This document shows positions 51,237 to 60,511 of a stretch of DNA of 64,000 nt, one piece after another (position 1 is the stretch's first letter; each line of letters starts with the position of its first letter). This DNA comes from Chthoniobacteraceae bacterium (lineage in GTDB: Bacteria > Verrucomicrobiota > Verrucomicrobiia > Chthoniobacterales > Chthoniobacteraceae), in contig DASYIS010000422.1 in the NCBI GenBank assembly GCA_035997375.1, positions 1,380 through 65,379 on the forward strand. Direction: 5' to 3'. Position numbers and translations under genes: made by a program. Under the pieces are notes generated by a model. That model did not search any database. It saw only the letters and a list, made by a program, of their open reading frames with translations, and had not been told where the DNA came from.

Positions 51237-51350
51237 CCGGCGCTTGCCGCCGGGCCAGACGATTGCGGGTTTCGTCGGATACGATGCTTTATTGATTCAT
51301 GAGATTGCGCTCCTTCGCAGGAAAGCACCTCCCAGTGTGTCAACCACAGC

Positions 51351-51611
51351 TCACAAAAACTCGTGAAACTCGTGGCAGGCGCCGCAATAGCGATGCCTGA
51401 TATCGTCCGGTGAATAGCTCACCCGGTGGCAGCGCGGACACTCGATCGACGGCTCCGCCGGCGTCAACGCGCGTGGATTGAGGTCGAGATCGAGCTGCTC
51501 GCCTGGCCCATAGACGCTGAGCGCTGCCTGCAGCTCTTGCAGCCGGCGCACGCCCTCCTCGTGCGCACGCCGGCGCCGGCGGAATCCCGCGATGATGCGC
51601 AGCAAGCTCAT
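51351..51611 (-). CDS. Small zinc-ribbon protein (86 aa)
   Basis: CPRCHRV..YCGACHEF. ATGA overlap with the parB-like stop. Confidence 0.5.
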   Translation of the reverse strand: MSLLRIIAGFRRRRRAHEEGVRRLQELQAALSVYGPGEQLDLDLNPRALTPAEPSIECPRCHRVSYSPDDIRHRYCGACHEFHEFL

Positions 51612-53620
51612 TTCTTTTTTCCGGGCGCCTGGAATTTCACTCCGTACACCTTCCCCGCCGCGTTGACCATTCCCTCGTCGAAGTACCCCCATTGGCCGTA
51701 GCAGAGCAGTTCCATCACGACCCCGCGCAGCCTCTTCCCGTCGGCCTTGGCGCAAAACACCTCGAGCGCCTTCTGGTACCGCTCATGCTCCGGCTTCTTC
51801 TCATCTACCGGCAAATTGCGCCGCTCCACGACTTGGCGCGCTTTGTCCTCAAAGCGCCGAACGATGAGTCGCAAAACGTCGGCCGTCAGCTCGCGGGCTT
51901 CGGCCGCGGCGGCGATCTGGCCGACCTTGGCCCGGGAGATGGCCAGCGCCGCTTGCTGCGCTTCGTTTTGCTCTTCGCGCTCGCGCTTTTGCTTCGCCTC
52001 CCGGCTCTCCTTGGTCGAGGCCTGCGCCAAATCCTCGTGCCCGGCCAGGGCGAGCGCCTTGGTCGCCGCGGCGCGCGTATGCAGCAGGCGCGGTCCCGGC
52101 GGTCCCGAGTAGGAGTAGGCCTGGTGCGCGACAATGACCCCCGGCGCGTGCTCGCCGAGCAGCGCCTTCCAAGTCCGCCCCTTGCCATCGTACTCGCACA
52201 CCGCCGACGCCAGGACATAGCCGGCTCGGAGCGAGCCGTAATTGAACAAGCCGGCGCTCTGCGCCCGCGTCAGCACCTTGTACCCCTTGGCCTGATACGG
52301 CGCGGTCTCCTCCTGCCACTTCTTCTCCGCCGCCAACTCCTCTTTGATCTCGGCCGCCCGCGCCTTCGTCTCGCGAAAGCTCACGTCGTCTTTCTCCGCG
52401 AGCAGCTCGTGCGTAAACTTCTCCTGCGCCGCCCGGTCGCCGATGCTGCTGATGATTTCCGCCTGGCTCGCCTTCAGGTCCCCCTGCTCCAGCGCCGCCC
52501 GCGTTTCCGGCGGCAGCTCGAGCAGCGCCAGCTTCGCGTAGATCGTCGCCCGCTTTTTCCCCACGGCTTCCGCGATCTCGTCCATCGTGAACCCCTCCTC
52601 CTTCATCCGCTGGTAGCCCCTCGCTTCATCCAGGTCGCGCAGATCCTCTCGCTGCAGGTTCTCGACGAGCTGCGCCTTGAGCGCGTCGCGGTTGTTCAGA
52701 TTCCGCACCATGCACGGCACCTCGGCCAGGCCGGCCCGGCCGGCGCAGATCCAGCGCCGCTCGCCGGCGACGATCTCGAAATGCGGTCGCGATGCGTAGG
52801 CGTGCTTGAGCTCGGCTTCCACGATGTCCGCCGGGAGATTGATCCGCGGCAGCTCGGTCACCGAATCTCCGCAAAGCCGCACCAGGACAAACCGGTCGCC
52901 GCCACCCCAGGGGCGCACCTCATACTTGATCGGCCGCACCAGCAACGGCTGCAGGATGCCGTGCACCTTGATGCTCTCCGTGGTCTCGACCAACTTCCCC
53001 TCATCGAACTCGGTGCGATTCGTCGGGCTGCGCTCGATGAGCTCCCGCGCGATCTGCCGGAAGCCTTCACCCGCCTTCGCCGCCGCGGCGATCGCCTCCG
53101 GCCGCTGGTCGCCGGTGGCCTGCGCGAGAAAATCCGCCTGCTCTTTCTTCGGGAGCCTGCGAAAGCCCGCCTCATCCGTGCCCGCGGCCGCGAGCGCCAG
53201 GCGCATCGTTTTCTCGAGCGGCGTCTCGGCGCCGTGGACGAATTGCTGCGCCCACTCCGTGGCCACCTCGAGCGGAGGCTGGGCGAACCGCGGTGCGGCG
53301 GGCGTATCCGGCCCCGCGATCGGCGCTTGCTCCCAGCGCCCGTGGCGCACGGAGAAGGCGGCGGTGCGGTCGACCTGAGCGCCGAGGTCCTTTTGCGCCC
53401 ACTTCTGCTCGCGGGCCGTGAGTTGCTGCCAGAGTCTTGGGGTCGCCCGCGGATCCTTTTTGGCGGCGCCGTTCGCGTCCGCGCCGGCGAGCTTCGCCTG
53501 CCAACGCTCCTTCATCTGGGCCGCGAGGCGCTCTCTCTTTTCCGGGGCCATGGCGGGCCGGCGATTCATGACGAGTGGTTTCATTGGGTGGTTTGCTTGG
53601 GTTGGTTGGCTGACATTCAT
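51608..53620 (-). CDS. ParB/Srx-like nuclease domain protein (670 aa)
   Basis: HGILQPLLVRP..FEIVAGERRWICAGRAGL..VPCMVRNL..LVENLQREDL and an HTH (DEIAEAVGKKRATIYAKLALLELP). Confidence 0.85.
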   Translation of the reverse strand: MNVSQPTQANHPMKPLVMNRRPAMAPEKRERLAAQMKERWQAKLAGADANGAAKKDPRATPRLWQQLTAREQKWAQKDLGAQVDRTAAFSVRHGRWEQAPIAGPDTPAAPRFAQPPLEVATEWAQQFVHGAETPLEKTMRLALAAAGTDEAGFRRLPKKEQADFLAQATGDQRPEAIAAAAKAGEGFRQIARELIERSPTNRTEFDEGKLVETTESIKVHGILQPLLVRPIKYEVRPWGGGDRFVLVRLCGDSVTELPRINLPADIVEAELKHAYASRPHFEIVAGERRWICAGRAGLAEVPCMVRNLNNRDALKAQLVENLQREDLRDLDEARGYQRMKEEGFTMDEIAEAVGKKRATIYAKLALLELPPETRAALEQGDLKASQAEIISSIGDRAAQEKFTHELLAEKDDVSFRETKARAAEIKEELAAEKKWQEETAPYQAKGYKVLTRAQSAGLFNYGSLRAGYVLASAVCEYDGKGRTWKALLGEHAPGVIVAHQAYSYSGPPGPRLLHTRAAATKALALAGHEDLAQASTKESREAKQKREREEQNEAQQAALAISRAKVGQIAAAAEARELTADVLRLIVRRFEDKARQVVERRNLPVDEKKPEHERYQKALEVFCAKADGKRLRGVVMELLCYGQWGYFDEGMVNAAGKVYGVKFQAPGKKK

Positions 53621-54237
53621 TTCCGCGCCTGCGGCGCCTGGTACGGCAGGCCGACAAAGCGAAAGACCGCCTCTTCGCTCTCCATCCGCTCCGCCTCCGC
53701 CCGGCCGAGGTGCTGCCGGCTAAAGCCGGCGCCGTACGCATTCCACGTCCAGCCGCGGTCGAGCGCCCTCGCGGCGATCTCCAGATTGGTCCGCTTGCCG
53801 CCGGTGCGAAAGACGAGCGCGTTGAACCACTTCTCCGCATCGGTCGCAAAGAAGTCGATCGCGATCCCCGTGCGCGTGTGGACCGCGAGCTTGTTCAGCG
53901 GCCCCCAGGTCGGCGCGCCGTCTCTATTGAGCCGCTTGGCCAGGTAGCCGCTCGACGCCAGGCAATCGAGCAGCAGCCCCGAGACATCCGTCGGCACCGG
54001 CCGCCGAAAGAGATCCGTCGTGTCCGCCACCGCCTGCACCTTCGGGATGAACAGGAGCTCGATATCGCCGACCTCCTGCTTCAGCCGGCGCAGACTCCCC
54101 GCCACGGTGACCCGCTCCATGTGCGGCTGCACGATCGCGAGCAGTTCGCGCGCGACCGCGATCGCCGCCTGCCGCGGCACCTTCGGCTTTTCCTCGAGCG
54201 CCGGCAGCAGCTCCTCGACGACGACGGTCTGCATCAT
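53617..54237 (-). CDS. Pol-X (DNA polymerase beta-like) nucleotidyltransferase domain protein (206 aa)
   Basis: VAGSLRRLKQEVGDIELLFI, IAIDFF, FRTGGKRTNLEIAARA, EEAVFRFVGLPYQAP match the Pol beta palm/thumb pattern. Confidence 0.65.
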   Translation of the reverse strand: MMQTVVVEELLPALEEKPKVPRQAAIAVARELLAIVQPHMERVTVAGSLRRLKQEVGDIELLFIPKVQAVADTTDLFRRPVPTDVSGLLLDCLASSGYLAKRLNRDGAPTWGPLNKLAVHTRTGIAIDFFATDAEKWFNALVFRTGGKRTNLEIAARALDRGWTWNAYGAGFSRQHLGRAEAERMESEEAVFRFVGLPYQAPQARK

Positions 54238-54503
54238 TGGCCGCCATCCCTCCAGCGTTCATGGTGCCGCTGCCACAGCCAGGCCGCGGCATTAGCCGGC
54301 CGCGCCGGCAAGCTCGAGAGCTCATAACAGGCCAGCCAGACCAGGTTCGCATCCTCGCGGATCCGCCGGCGCCAGATCCCGCCAAACCTCAGCATCCCGA
54401 GCTCGCCGATCGCGTCTCGGATGAAATCCATCAACTCCTCCGCGCCCGCCTCCACCTTGAGATGCAGGTCCGGCTCCAGCCACGGTGGGAGGTCCTCAGT
54501 CAT
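54234..54503 (-). CDS. Small hypothetical protein (89 aa), related to the C-terminus of 54847..56097
   Basis: Start at MTEDLPPW with an ATGA overlap. GGIWRRRIREDANLVWLACYEL resembles GGRWRNAWREDGNAVLNACYEL. Confidence 0.5.
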   Translation of the reverse strand: MTEDLPPWLEPDLHLKVEAGAEELMDFIRDAIGELGMLRFGGIWRRRIREDANLVWLACYELSSLPARPANAAAWLWQRHHERWRDGGQ

Positions 54504-54850
54504 GGCGTCGTCCATTTGAGGCGATGCGGCCAGACCTTCTTGAGAAACTCGGCAAAGCCCAGGCGGCCGCTGGCTTCCTCGTAAGCGCGCCACGAAGCAA
54601 AGGCCTCCGAGCGCCGCGGCTTCTTGAGCGTGACCACCGGCTGCCGGGCGCTCCATTCATTCAGCGCCTTGCGGCCGGTCGGCGCGGTGGTCAAATAGTG
54701 ATCGCCGCCCGCGAGCGTTTGCGCGCCATGGTCGTAAAGCAGGCCGCGGCGCGCGAGCTCGAGGACCCGCGCTTCGCCGGTGACGTAGCGTCCCGTGCGG
54801 GAGGCGTGTTGCAGCACGTCGGCTTCCCAGTCGGTGAGCTGCGTGTTCAT
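54500..54850 (-). CDS. Hypothetical protein (116 aa)
   Basis: Start at MNTQLTDWE with an ATGA overlap. Confidence 0.5.
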   Translation of the reverse strand: MNTQLTDWEADVLQHASRTGRYVTGEARVLELARRGLLYDHGAQTLAGGDHYLTTAPTGRKALNEWSARQPVVTLKKPRRSEAFASWRAYEEASGRLGFAEFLKKVWPHRLKWTTP

Positions 54851-56097
54851 GCCTCCTCTGCCCTCCGACCCCGCGTGTTCTCCTTGTGGATCGTGTTGTA
54901 TTTGTCGCGCAGCCATCCTCCGGGGTTGGCCAGGGGCGGCGCAATCCGATCGATCAATCGCAGCTTCAGCTCGTAGCACGCATTCAGCACCGCGTTGCCG
55001 TCCTCGCGCCATGCGTTGCGCCAGCGGCCGCCCCATTGCTCCATGATCCGCTCGCCGAGCACCCGCTTCAGCCAGGCCATCGCCTCGGCCTCCGTCGCGC
55101 CGGGGTCAAGGGAATCGAGCGGGCGGTGTTGGAAAACAACACCGCCCTTTGAAAGCTTTAAAGTCTCAGAGTTATCTTTAGATAACTCTAAAGCTTTAAA
55201 GCTCTTAAGAGGGCAGTGTTGTTTTCCAACACCAGTGTTGGATTCCAACACCGGCGCCTCGCCCAGGCTCGCCGCCACCTGTTCGTTCAAAGTCAGCGGT
55301 CGCGTCTGCTTCGGCAGGCTGCTCGGGCCGTTTCCGGCCGGCGCCTGCGTGGGCGATTGATCCTTCGCTGCCTTTTCTGTTTGCCCGTCACTGGCGGGCG
55401 CTAAAAGATCATGGGAAGAACCGTCCCGGCTCCCCCATGACTCCAGCGGTCGCGTCTCTCCGCCTCCGCTACTCGATGCCTGTTCGGCCGGCGCGGAAAA
55501 AGAGGAGCGATCCGTAACTGGAAAAGTCGTACGCGCCCCCAACGAGCCTCCCGCCGCCACCGCTCGCTGGTGCGCGGTCAAGATACTAGCCCGCATCCGC
55601 TCGAGCGCGAGCGCATCCTGCAGCTCGTGCTCGACCTCGGGGCCGAAGAGCTCACCCTGCTCCGGCCAGATCCGGCCGACGCGCAGCAGGTACCGCTCCG
55701 TGTCATCCGCCGCGCCTTCCGCCGCCGGCGTCGGCAACCGGCTCGTCACCCCGATCCACGGCCATTCGCGCGACGGCGGCATAAAGGTGAGGATCCACCA
55801 GTCGCCGACCAGCGTCTCCTGGATGATCTTCAGCCGGACCAGGCGCTTCAGCCCGGCGCCGAGATTACTGCGGCTCATCCCAACCAGTTGCGCGAGCATC
55901 GTCTTCTGCGGCAGCGGGAAAAATGGCCGGCTCTGCGCGAAGCTGAAAAAAATCACCTTTTGCGAGATCCGCATTTCCCACTCCGACAAGTCGTAGCGCG
56001 ACAGAGCCCAGAAACTCACCGCCATTAGGCGCGCGTAATCGATGGGCTCTTCAGCGGCCGGCAGCATGGCGCTCGCCTGGATGGGTTCGATGGGCAT
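54847..56097 (-). CDS. Winged-helix DNA-binding protein, possible replication initiator (416 aa)
   Basis: LAQLVGMSRSNLGAGLKRLVRLKIIQE is wHTH-like. Position in the early operon. Functional call is tentative. Confidence 0.55.
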   Translation of the reverse strand: MPIEPIQASAMLPAAEEPIDYARLMAVSFWALSRYDLSEWEMRISQKVIFFSFAQSRPFFPLPQKTMLAQLVGMSRSNLGAGLKRLVRLKIIQETLVGDWWILTFMPPSREWPWIGVTSRLPTPAAEGAADDTERYLLRVGRIWPEQGELFGPEVEHELQDALALERMRASILTAHQRAVAAGGSLGARTTFPVTDRSSFSAPAEQASSSGGGETRPLESWGSRDGSSHDLLAPASDGQTEKAAKDQSPTQAPAGNGPSSLPKQTRPLTLNEQVAASLGEAPVLESNTGVGKQHCPLKSFKALELSKDNSETLKLSKGGVVFQHRPLDSLDPGATEAEAMAWLKRVLGERIMEQWGGRWRNAWREDGNAVLNACYELKLRLIDRIAPPLANPGGWLRDKYNTIHKENTRGRRAEEA

Positions 56098-56418
56098 CTA
56101 GGCTGCCACCCCCTTTCGTTTCCCGGCGTCGGGAAAGAAATGCTGCGCGGCCTCGACCAGGATCGGGTCGCGGGCGAAGAGCAAGCGCGCGCGCAGCTTC
56201 CGCAGCGCCCGCTGCTCGATGAGCATGATGGCGGTGTGCGTGCAGCCGGCCCAGGCCGCAATCTCCTCCTGCGTGTACCGCACGCCCGGCAGCGCGACCG
56301 CGTGCAGGCACGCGATCCCAAGATCGACCCGCGCCGACTTCTCCGGGCCTTGCGGAGGCACGCTCCAGTCGCGGCATTCGTGCCGGCCCTGGCGGCACTT
56401 CAGGGAGGCGGCTTTCAA
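56098..56418 (-). CDS. Sigma-70 region-4-like HTH protein (106 aa)
   Basis: YTQEEIAAWAGCTHTAIMLIEQRALRKLR resembles sigma region 4.2. Confidence 0.55.
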   Translation of the reverse strand: MKAASLKCRQGRHECRDWSVPPQGPEKSARVDLGIACLHAVALPGVRYTQEEIAAWAGCTHTAIMLIEQRALRKLRARLLFARDPILVEAAQHFFPDAGKRKGVAA

Positions 56419-57398
56419 GCGGCCTCCCCGTTGAGTTTTGCCATGACCCGGCCCAGCCAGTCGCGCGGCGGCGCCGGCGCGGGCGGCCGCGCGTGGCCGC
56501 GGCGCGGGTGCAAGCGCGCGTAGTCCGCCGCGGCCTGGTCGAGCCAGGGGACGATGTGGGGATGCGCCTTGCGCCAGCCGGAGAGCCGGGGGGGCGGCAC
56601 GCCGGCGCGGAGGCCGGCGGCGGAGGCGGAAAGCCCGTCGCGCCGCATCGTCTCGCAGATCTGCATGACGAGCGCGGCCGAGAACGTGGACCCCGCCGGC
56701 TTGGCCTCGTCGATCATTCGGCGGACCTGGGGATCCTTGCGCCAGCGCGAGAACGTAGTCCGGACCACGCCCAGGCGCTCGCAGGACCGGGAGGCGGAGA
56801 GCCCTTCCTCGCGCATCAACGCGCAGATCCGCTCGATGAGCTCTCGCGAGCAGTGCGAGGGTCGCCCCATCTTCGCGCTCGGCTGAGCCGGCGGCTTGGG
56901 CGTGCAGGCGCTGGATGCGACGCTGGAGTCGATGGCCAGCGCCCGTTTCTTGGGGGTGGCAAAGCCCACGCTTGGCCAGTGATCATTCAGCACCGGCCGC
57001 CACGGCTCCCCGGTCAGCTCCGCGAGCAGTTGCCGCTCCTCGCGCTGCTCGCGGGCCATGGGAGAGAGCACGGTCTCCGAGCGCAGAGCCGCGCTGCATT
57101 GCGGACAGGCGGTGATCGGCAGCGCGTTCGGCGCATCGGTCGCGAAAAAGAAGATCTCCCCTGCCCCGGTGAAGCCGAGAGACAAGACGAGCTCGCACGC
57201 GGCGCAATAGCCGAGCATGCGGAGAGCGGAAGGCCCTGAATGGCCGGGCTTGTGAATAACTTGAGACTGCGGTAAAGGGAGAGCTGATTCGCTCATTGGG
57301 GAAAGTGGGCTGATCTTGGGGATTCCGGACTCGCGTGGCGCCGGCCTGTAAGCCGGCGCCACGCGTTCGTTCTCTCGGTTGTATGTGCCGATCGGCAC
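56415..57398 (-). CDS. Protein with two tandem HTH modules (327 aa; start uncertain)
   Basis: SRELIERICALMREEGLSASRSCERLGV..FSRWRK and AALVMQICETMRRDGLSASAAGLRAGV..LSGWRK. Confidence 0.55.
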   Translation of the reverse strand: MPIGTYNRENERVAPAYRPAPRESGIPKISPLSPMSESALPLPQSQVIHKPGHSGPSALRMLGYCAACELVLSLGFTGAGEIFFFATDAPNALPITACPQCSAALRSETVLSPMAREQREERQLLAELTGEPWRPVLNDHWPSVGFATPKKRALAIDSSVASSACTPKPPAQPSAKMGRPSHCSRELIERICALMREEGLSASRSCERLGVVRTTFSRWRKDPQVRRMIDEAKPAGSTFSAALVMQICETMRRDGLSASAAGLRAGVPPPRLSGWRKAHPHIVPWLDQAAADYARLHPRRGHARPPAPAPPRDWLGRVMAKLNGEAA

Positions 57399-57423
57399 GC
57401 GCCTTCCTGGGCGCCGGTGTTAG

Positions 57424-57690
57424 CTAAGCGCTCTCACCTCCCCTCAATTTATGAGCGTAATCCGCCAACCGCTGCAGCGCCTCGATGAACTCATCCACCG
57501 CTTCCGCCGGCAGCATGATCGTGTCGCGCCGGCCCGCCACGTCCTCCGTAATCTTGAACACCAAGCCGCGGCTATTCTCTTTCAGATCGAGGAAGAAAAC
57601 CTTCCTCCCCGCGAGAATCTTTTCCGCTGCCAGTGGTTCCGACGGATAGCCTGCGCCCCCGCCCCGTTGCTGTGTTTGCTCTGCTGTCAT
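57424..57690 (-). CDS. PUR-alpha/DUF3276-like nucleic-acid-binding protein (88 aa)
   Basis: KVFFLDLKENSRGLVFKITEDVAGRRDTIMLPAEAVDEFIEAL matches the PUR-repeat pattern. Confidence 0.6.
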   Translation of the reverse strand: MTAEQTQQRGGGAGYPSEPLAAEKILAGRKVFFLDLKENSRGLVFKITEDVAGRRDTIMLPAEAVDEFIEALQRLADYAHKLRGGESA

Positions 57691-57693
57691 AAA

Positions 57694-58182
57694 TTATTGG
57701 GTGAGCCTCCTCTCGATCTGGTAACCCGGCGCGGGCTTCTCGGCATTGAGCGAGCACGGCGCCCCCTGCGCCGAGCAGATCGCCGCCGCGCGCTCACACG
57801 GCCCTTGGCCGAGGAACATCACCGCCCGCACCTTCGTCGCGCCGAAGAGCAGCTCGAACCAGACCCAGTGCCGCCCCGTCGCCTCGGCCTGGTCAAACAG
57901 CGTCTTCAGGCCGGCACGTTCCGAGAACGGCCCAGAGGTCTCCTCACTGGAATTGCCGAGCTCCTTCATCAGCGGCAACAGCGCGCCGCCCAGGCGCATC
58001 ATCGCGGCCTCGCTCAACATCAGCGCGCAGACCGCCGGCTGCCGCACCCCGGCCTGCGCCGGCCGCACCAGGGCGCCGCGGTCGACCCCGTTCATCAGCA
58101 TCCCGATCAGCACATCCTCGAGCGAATGCTTGTCGTCTTCGAGCTCGTCGCCCGCCTGCGCCTGGAAGGGAGCGTCGCTCAT
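57694..58182 (-). CDS. Hypothetical protein (162 aa)
   Basis: Start at MSDAPFQ, overlapping the upstream stop as TGATG. Confidence 0.5.
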   Translation of the reverse strand: MSDAPFQAQAGDELEDDKHSLEDVLIGMLMNGVDRGALVRPAQAGVRQPAVCALMLSEAAMMRLGGALLPLMKELGNSSEETSGPFSERAGLKTLFDQAEATGRHWVWFELLFGATKVRAVMFLGQGPCERAAAICSAQGAPCSLNAEKPAPGYQIERRLTQ

Positions 58183-58619
58183 CAGCGCGGTCCTCCTTTT
58201 GGCAAGCGCTGGAGCTTCGTAATCAATCCCATCAAGTGCACAAGCGAGGCCGGATGCAGGTGTGTCTCCGGGTCGCGTAAGAAGACGTCCTCCCCGCGCT
58301 CGCAGACTGCCTCGAAATATAGAATGATCAGCCCGCAGACGTGGAGCACCCCGCGGTCCGTCTGCTGCAGGTTCGACCACCGAGGTGGAGCAATCCCCTC
58401 GTCACCGAAAATGCAAGCGAAGAGGTCCTGGAACAGCGGCCCCCGCGAGATGTAATACCATTTCTGAAACGTGACCTTGCGAAGCATGTAGTCCAACGTG
58501 AGCTCCGCATTGATCTCCGTGTAACCCGGCACCTCCAGATGAATGCCTTGCCGGGGAATCAGGCAAACCGCCTGCGCTGGCAAATCGATGGATTGACCGT
58601 TCGCGACAACTGTCTTCAT
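58182..58619 (-). CDS. Hypothetical protein (145 aa) with an ABC/AAA_21-type Walker-B/D-loop-like segment but no Walker A
   Basis: VFLRDPETHLHPASL resembles the DEPE.HLHP motif of OLD/AAA_21 ATPases. The protein is too short to be a full ATPase. Confidence 0.5.
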   Translation of the reverse strand: MKTVVANGQSIDLPAQAVCLIPRQGIHLEVPGYTEINAELTLDYMLRKVTFQKWYYISRGPLFQDLFACIFGDEGIAPPRWSNLQQTDRGVLHVCGLIILYFEAVCERGEDVFLRDPETHLHPASLVHLMGLITKLQRLPKGGPR

Positions 58620-60511
58620 CGGCGCAGGTCCTCCGCGATTTGCAGCACTCCCGAGCCGGAGATCAGCTCGAGCGTGCGCAGTTTGCTCAGCGGGTTATTG
58701 AACCCGCCGCCGTCGGGCGCGTAGCCCGTCACGTGCGCGAGCTCGCCCTTGTGCATCACGCCGTCGGGCGCGCCGGCGAGCGCGCGTAGAATGAGACCCT
58801 CGGCTTTGCCCAGCTCGCCGCACCAATAGTTGAGCAGCTCGAGTCCGGTCGGCAATGGCGGCACCTCGCCGATCGCCTGGCGACCGCTCTCGGTAATGCG
58901 CAGCGGATCTGAGCCGACAATCAATTCCGTCGTGCGCAGCTTGCTCAGCGGATTATTGAAACCGCCGCCGTTGACCGAATAGCCGGCGATCAAAGCGACG
59001 CGCCGCTTTGCCACGGACGCCGGCGCATATTGCGCGAGCACCGTCAGGATCGCGCGCTCCGCTCTGCCCAGCTTCACATCCCCTCCACCGCCGCCAGTGG
59101 CCCCGGCGGTGGAGGTATGACCGCGCTGCGAAACGCCCCGCTCATCGCGTAAGCGCTGCTCACTGCTCCCTTTGCTCTCGGTTGCCGGCTGACTCCCGCC
59201 GGCGGGGAATACGTGCGGACTGCGGGGCGCTACTGCCGCTGGGCTGATGGCGCGCATACCCTCTCTGGTCCGCGCAGAGCTCCCGTTGCCCTCCACCGGG
59301 GCGTGGGTGAGTTTTCCGAGCGCCGTACTGATCGTCGTCGCCGCGAGCGCCGCCACTTGGGCGGAGGCGTTGAGCTTCTCCTCGAGGATCCCCAAGCGCT
59401 GCAGGTCGGCCGCCTTCAGCACCGGGACCTCGACCCGCTTCTCCTTCCCTTTCCGGCGCTCGATCACCCAGTCAAACAACCGCAGCAGACCGCCTCCGCT
59501 CTTCGCGTCAACCGGCAACCCGGCTGCTTTGCAAAGCTCGTCGATCGATGCGTTGAGCGTGTGAACTTCCTTCCGGAGCGCCGGCGGATTGTTCACCTTT
59601 GCCTCCTCGATCGTCGCCTGAATCTCCCGGGTCAGGCCGGCGAGATCGACCTCGATCATCTTCGCCGCCGGCTTCACCGCGCCCGGCGCCGGCGTGCTCG
59701 AGCTGTCGAATGACAGCCGGCGCGCGATCTTCACCCGGCGAAACTCGCCCAGCCATTGCGGCGACCAGACCCAGGCCTCGCCCGTCTCCAGCTTCGGGAG
59801 CGCCGCCGTGAATTCCGCGATCTGCTCCTTCGTGCCGGCGATGCTCGCCCAGTCGACCAGCGCCTTGTGGTCATGCGGCCCCGTCACCCGGCCGCAGATC
59901 AGGAGATCCACCTGGCTCAGCACATTCTTGTTCAGCACGGCCGGCCGCTGGCTGATCATCGTCAAGCCGAGCCCGCGCGAGCGGCCGCGCCGGCAGATCG
60001 CCTCAAAGGCCCCGAGCATCCGTTGCTGTCCCGGCATCGCCCGTTGCGGCGCGAAGCTGTCCGCCTCGTCGACCATGAGATGGATCGTCGCGCGATCCGC
60101 TGCCTTGCTCCGATAGAGCCGCTCCGCGAAGTCCGCGGCAAACCGATCCTGCGCCGCGTTGCTCTCAAAGCCGCTCATGTCGAGCACCACCGAGCGGCCG
60201 GAGCTCACGACAAAATCCGCGACCACCGCGCCCGAGCTCGGCAGCAGCGGCGTATCGCCATGCTCGCCCCCGAGCACCACGACGGCGAACCCGCGGCCGC
60301 CCTTGCCGGCGGCCGGCGAGCGTAGCCCCCACCAGACGCCCGTCGGATCGAGCGCCACCACCTGCACGCCGGCGCCGAGCATCAGCTCCGTCTGCTTGAG
60401 CGCGGTGTACGTCTTCCCGGCGCCCTTCTGCGCCAGGATCGCCTGCGTCCGCGCCGCGAGCTCGAGCGGAAGCGCGAAGCCGTCTTCGGAAATGGTGAGG
60501 GCGTCGCTCAT
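58616..60511 (-). CDS. HerA/FtsK-like P-loop ATPase with two C-terminal winged-helix repeats (631 aa)
   Basis: ILAQKGAGKTY (Walker A), IHLMVDEADSF (Walker B), duplicated ..GGGFNNPLSKLRT.ELI.GS.. modules. Start at MSDALTI with an ATGA overlap. Confidence 0.75.
   Translation of the reverse strand: MSDALTISEDGFALPLELAARTQAILAQKGAGKTYTALKQTELMLGAGVQVVALDPTGVWWGLRSPAAGKGGRGFAVVVLGGEHGDTPLLPSSGAVVADFVVSSGRSVVLDMSGFESNAAQDRFAADFAERLYRSKAADRATIHLMVDEADSFAPQRAMPGQQRMLGAFEAICRRGRSRGLGLTMISQRPAVLNKNVLSQVDLLICGRVTGPHDHKALVDWASIAGTKEQIAEFTAALPKLETGEAWVWSPQWLGEFRRVKIARRLSFDSSSTPAPGAVKPAAKMIEVDLAGLTREIQATIEEAKVNNPPALRKEVHTLNASIDELCKAAGLPVDAKSGGGLLRLFDWVIERRKGKEKRVEVPVLKAADLQRLGILEEKLNASAQVAALAATTISTALGKLTHAPVEGNGSSARTREGMRAISPAAVAPRSPHVFPAGGSQPATESKGSSEQRLRDERGVSQRGHTSTAGATGGGGGDVKLGRAERAILTVLAQYAPASVAKRRVALIAGYSVNGGGFNNPLSKLRTTELIVGSDPLRITESGRQAIGEVPPLPTGLELLNYWCGELGKAEGLILRALAGAPDGVMHKGELAHVTGYAPDGGGFNNPLSKLRTLELISGSGVLQIAEDLRR

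Noticed and set aside
11853-51343. Interpreting the TTGACA motifs as ordinary sigma-70 -35 boxes
   Set aside because: The hexamer ends only 13-17 nt before the start codon, leaving no room for a 17-nt spacer plus a -10 box plus a transcription start. I see no TAnnnT at the right distance. The motif is kept as an unexplained signal, not annotated as promoters.
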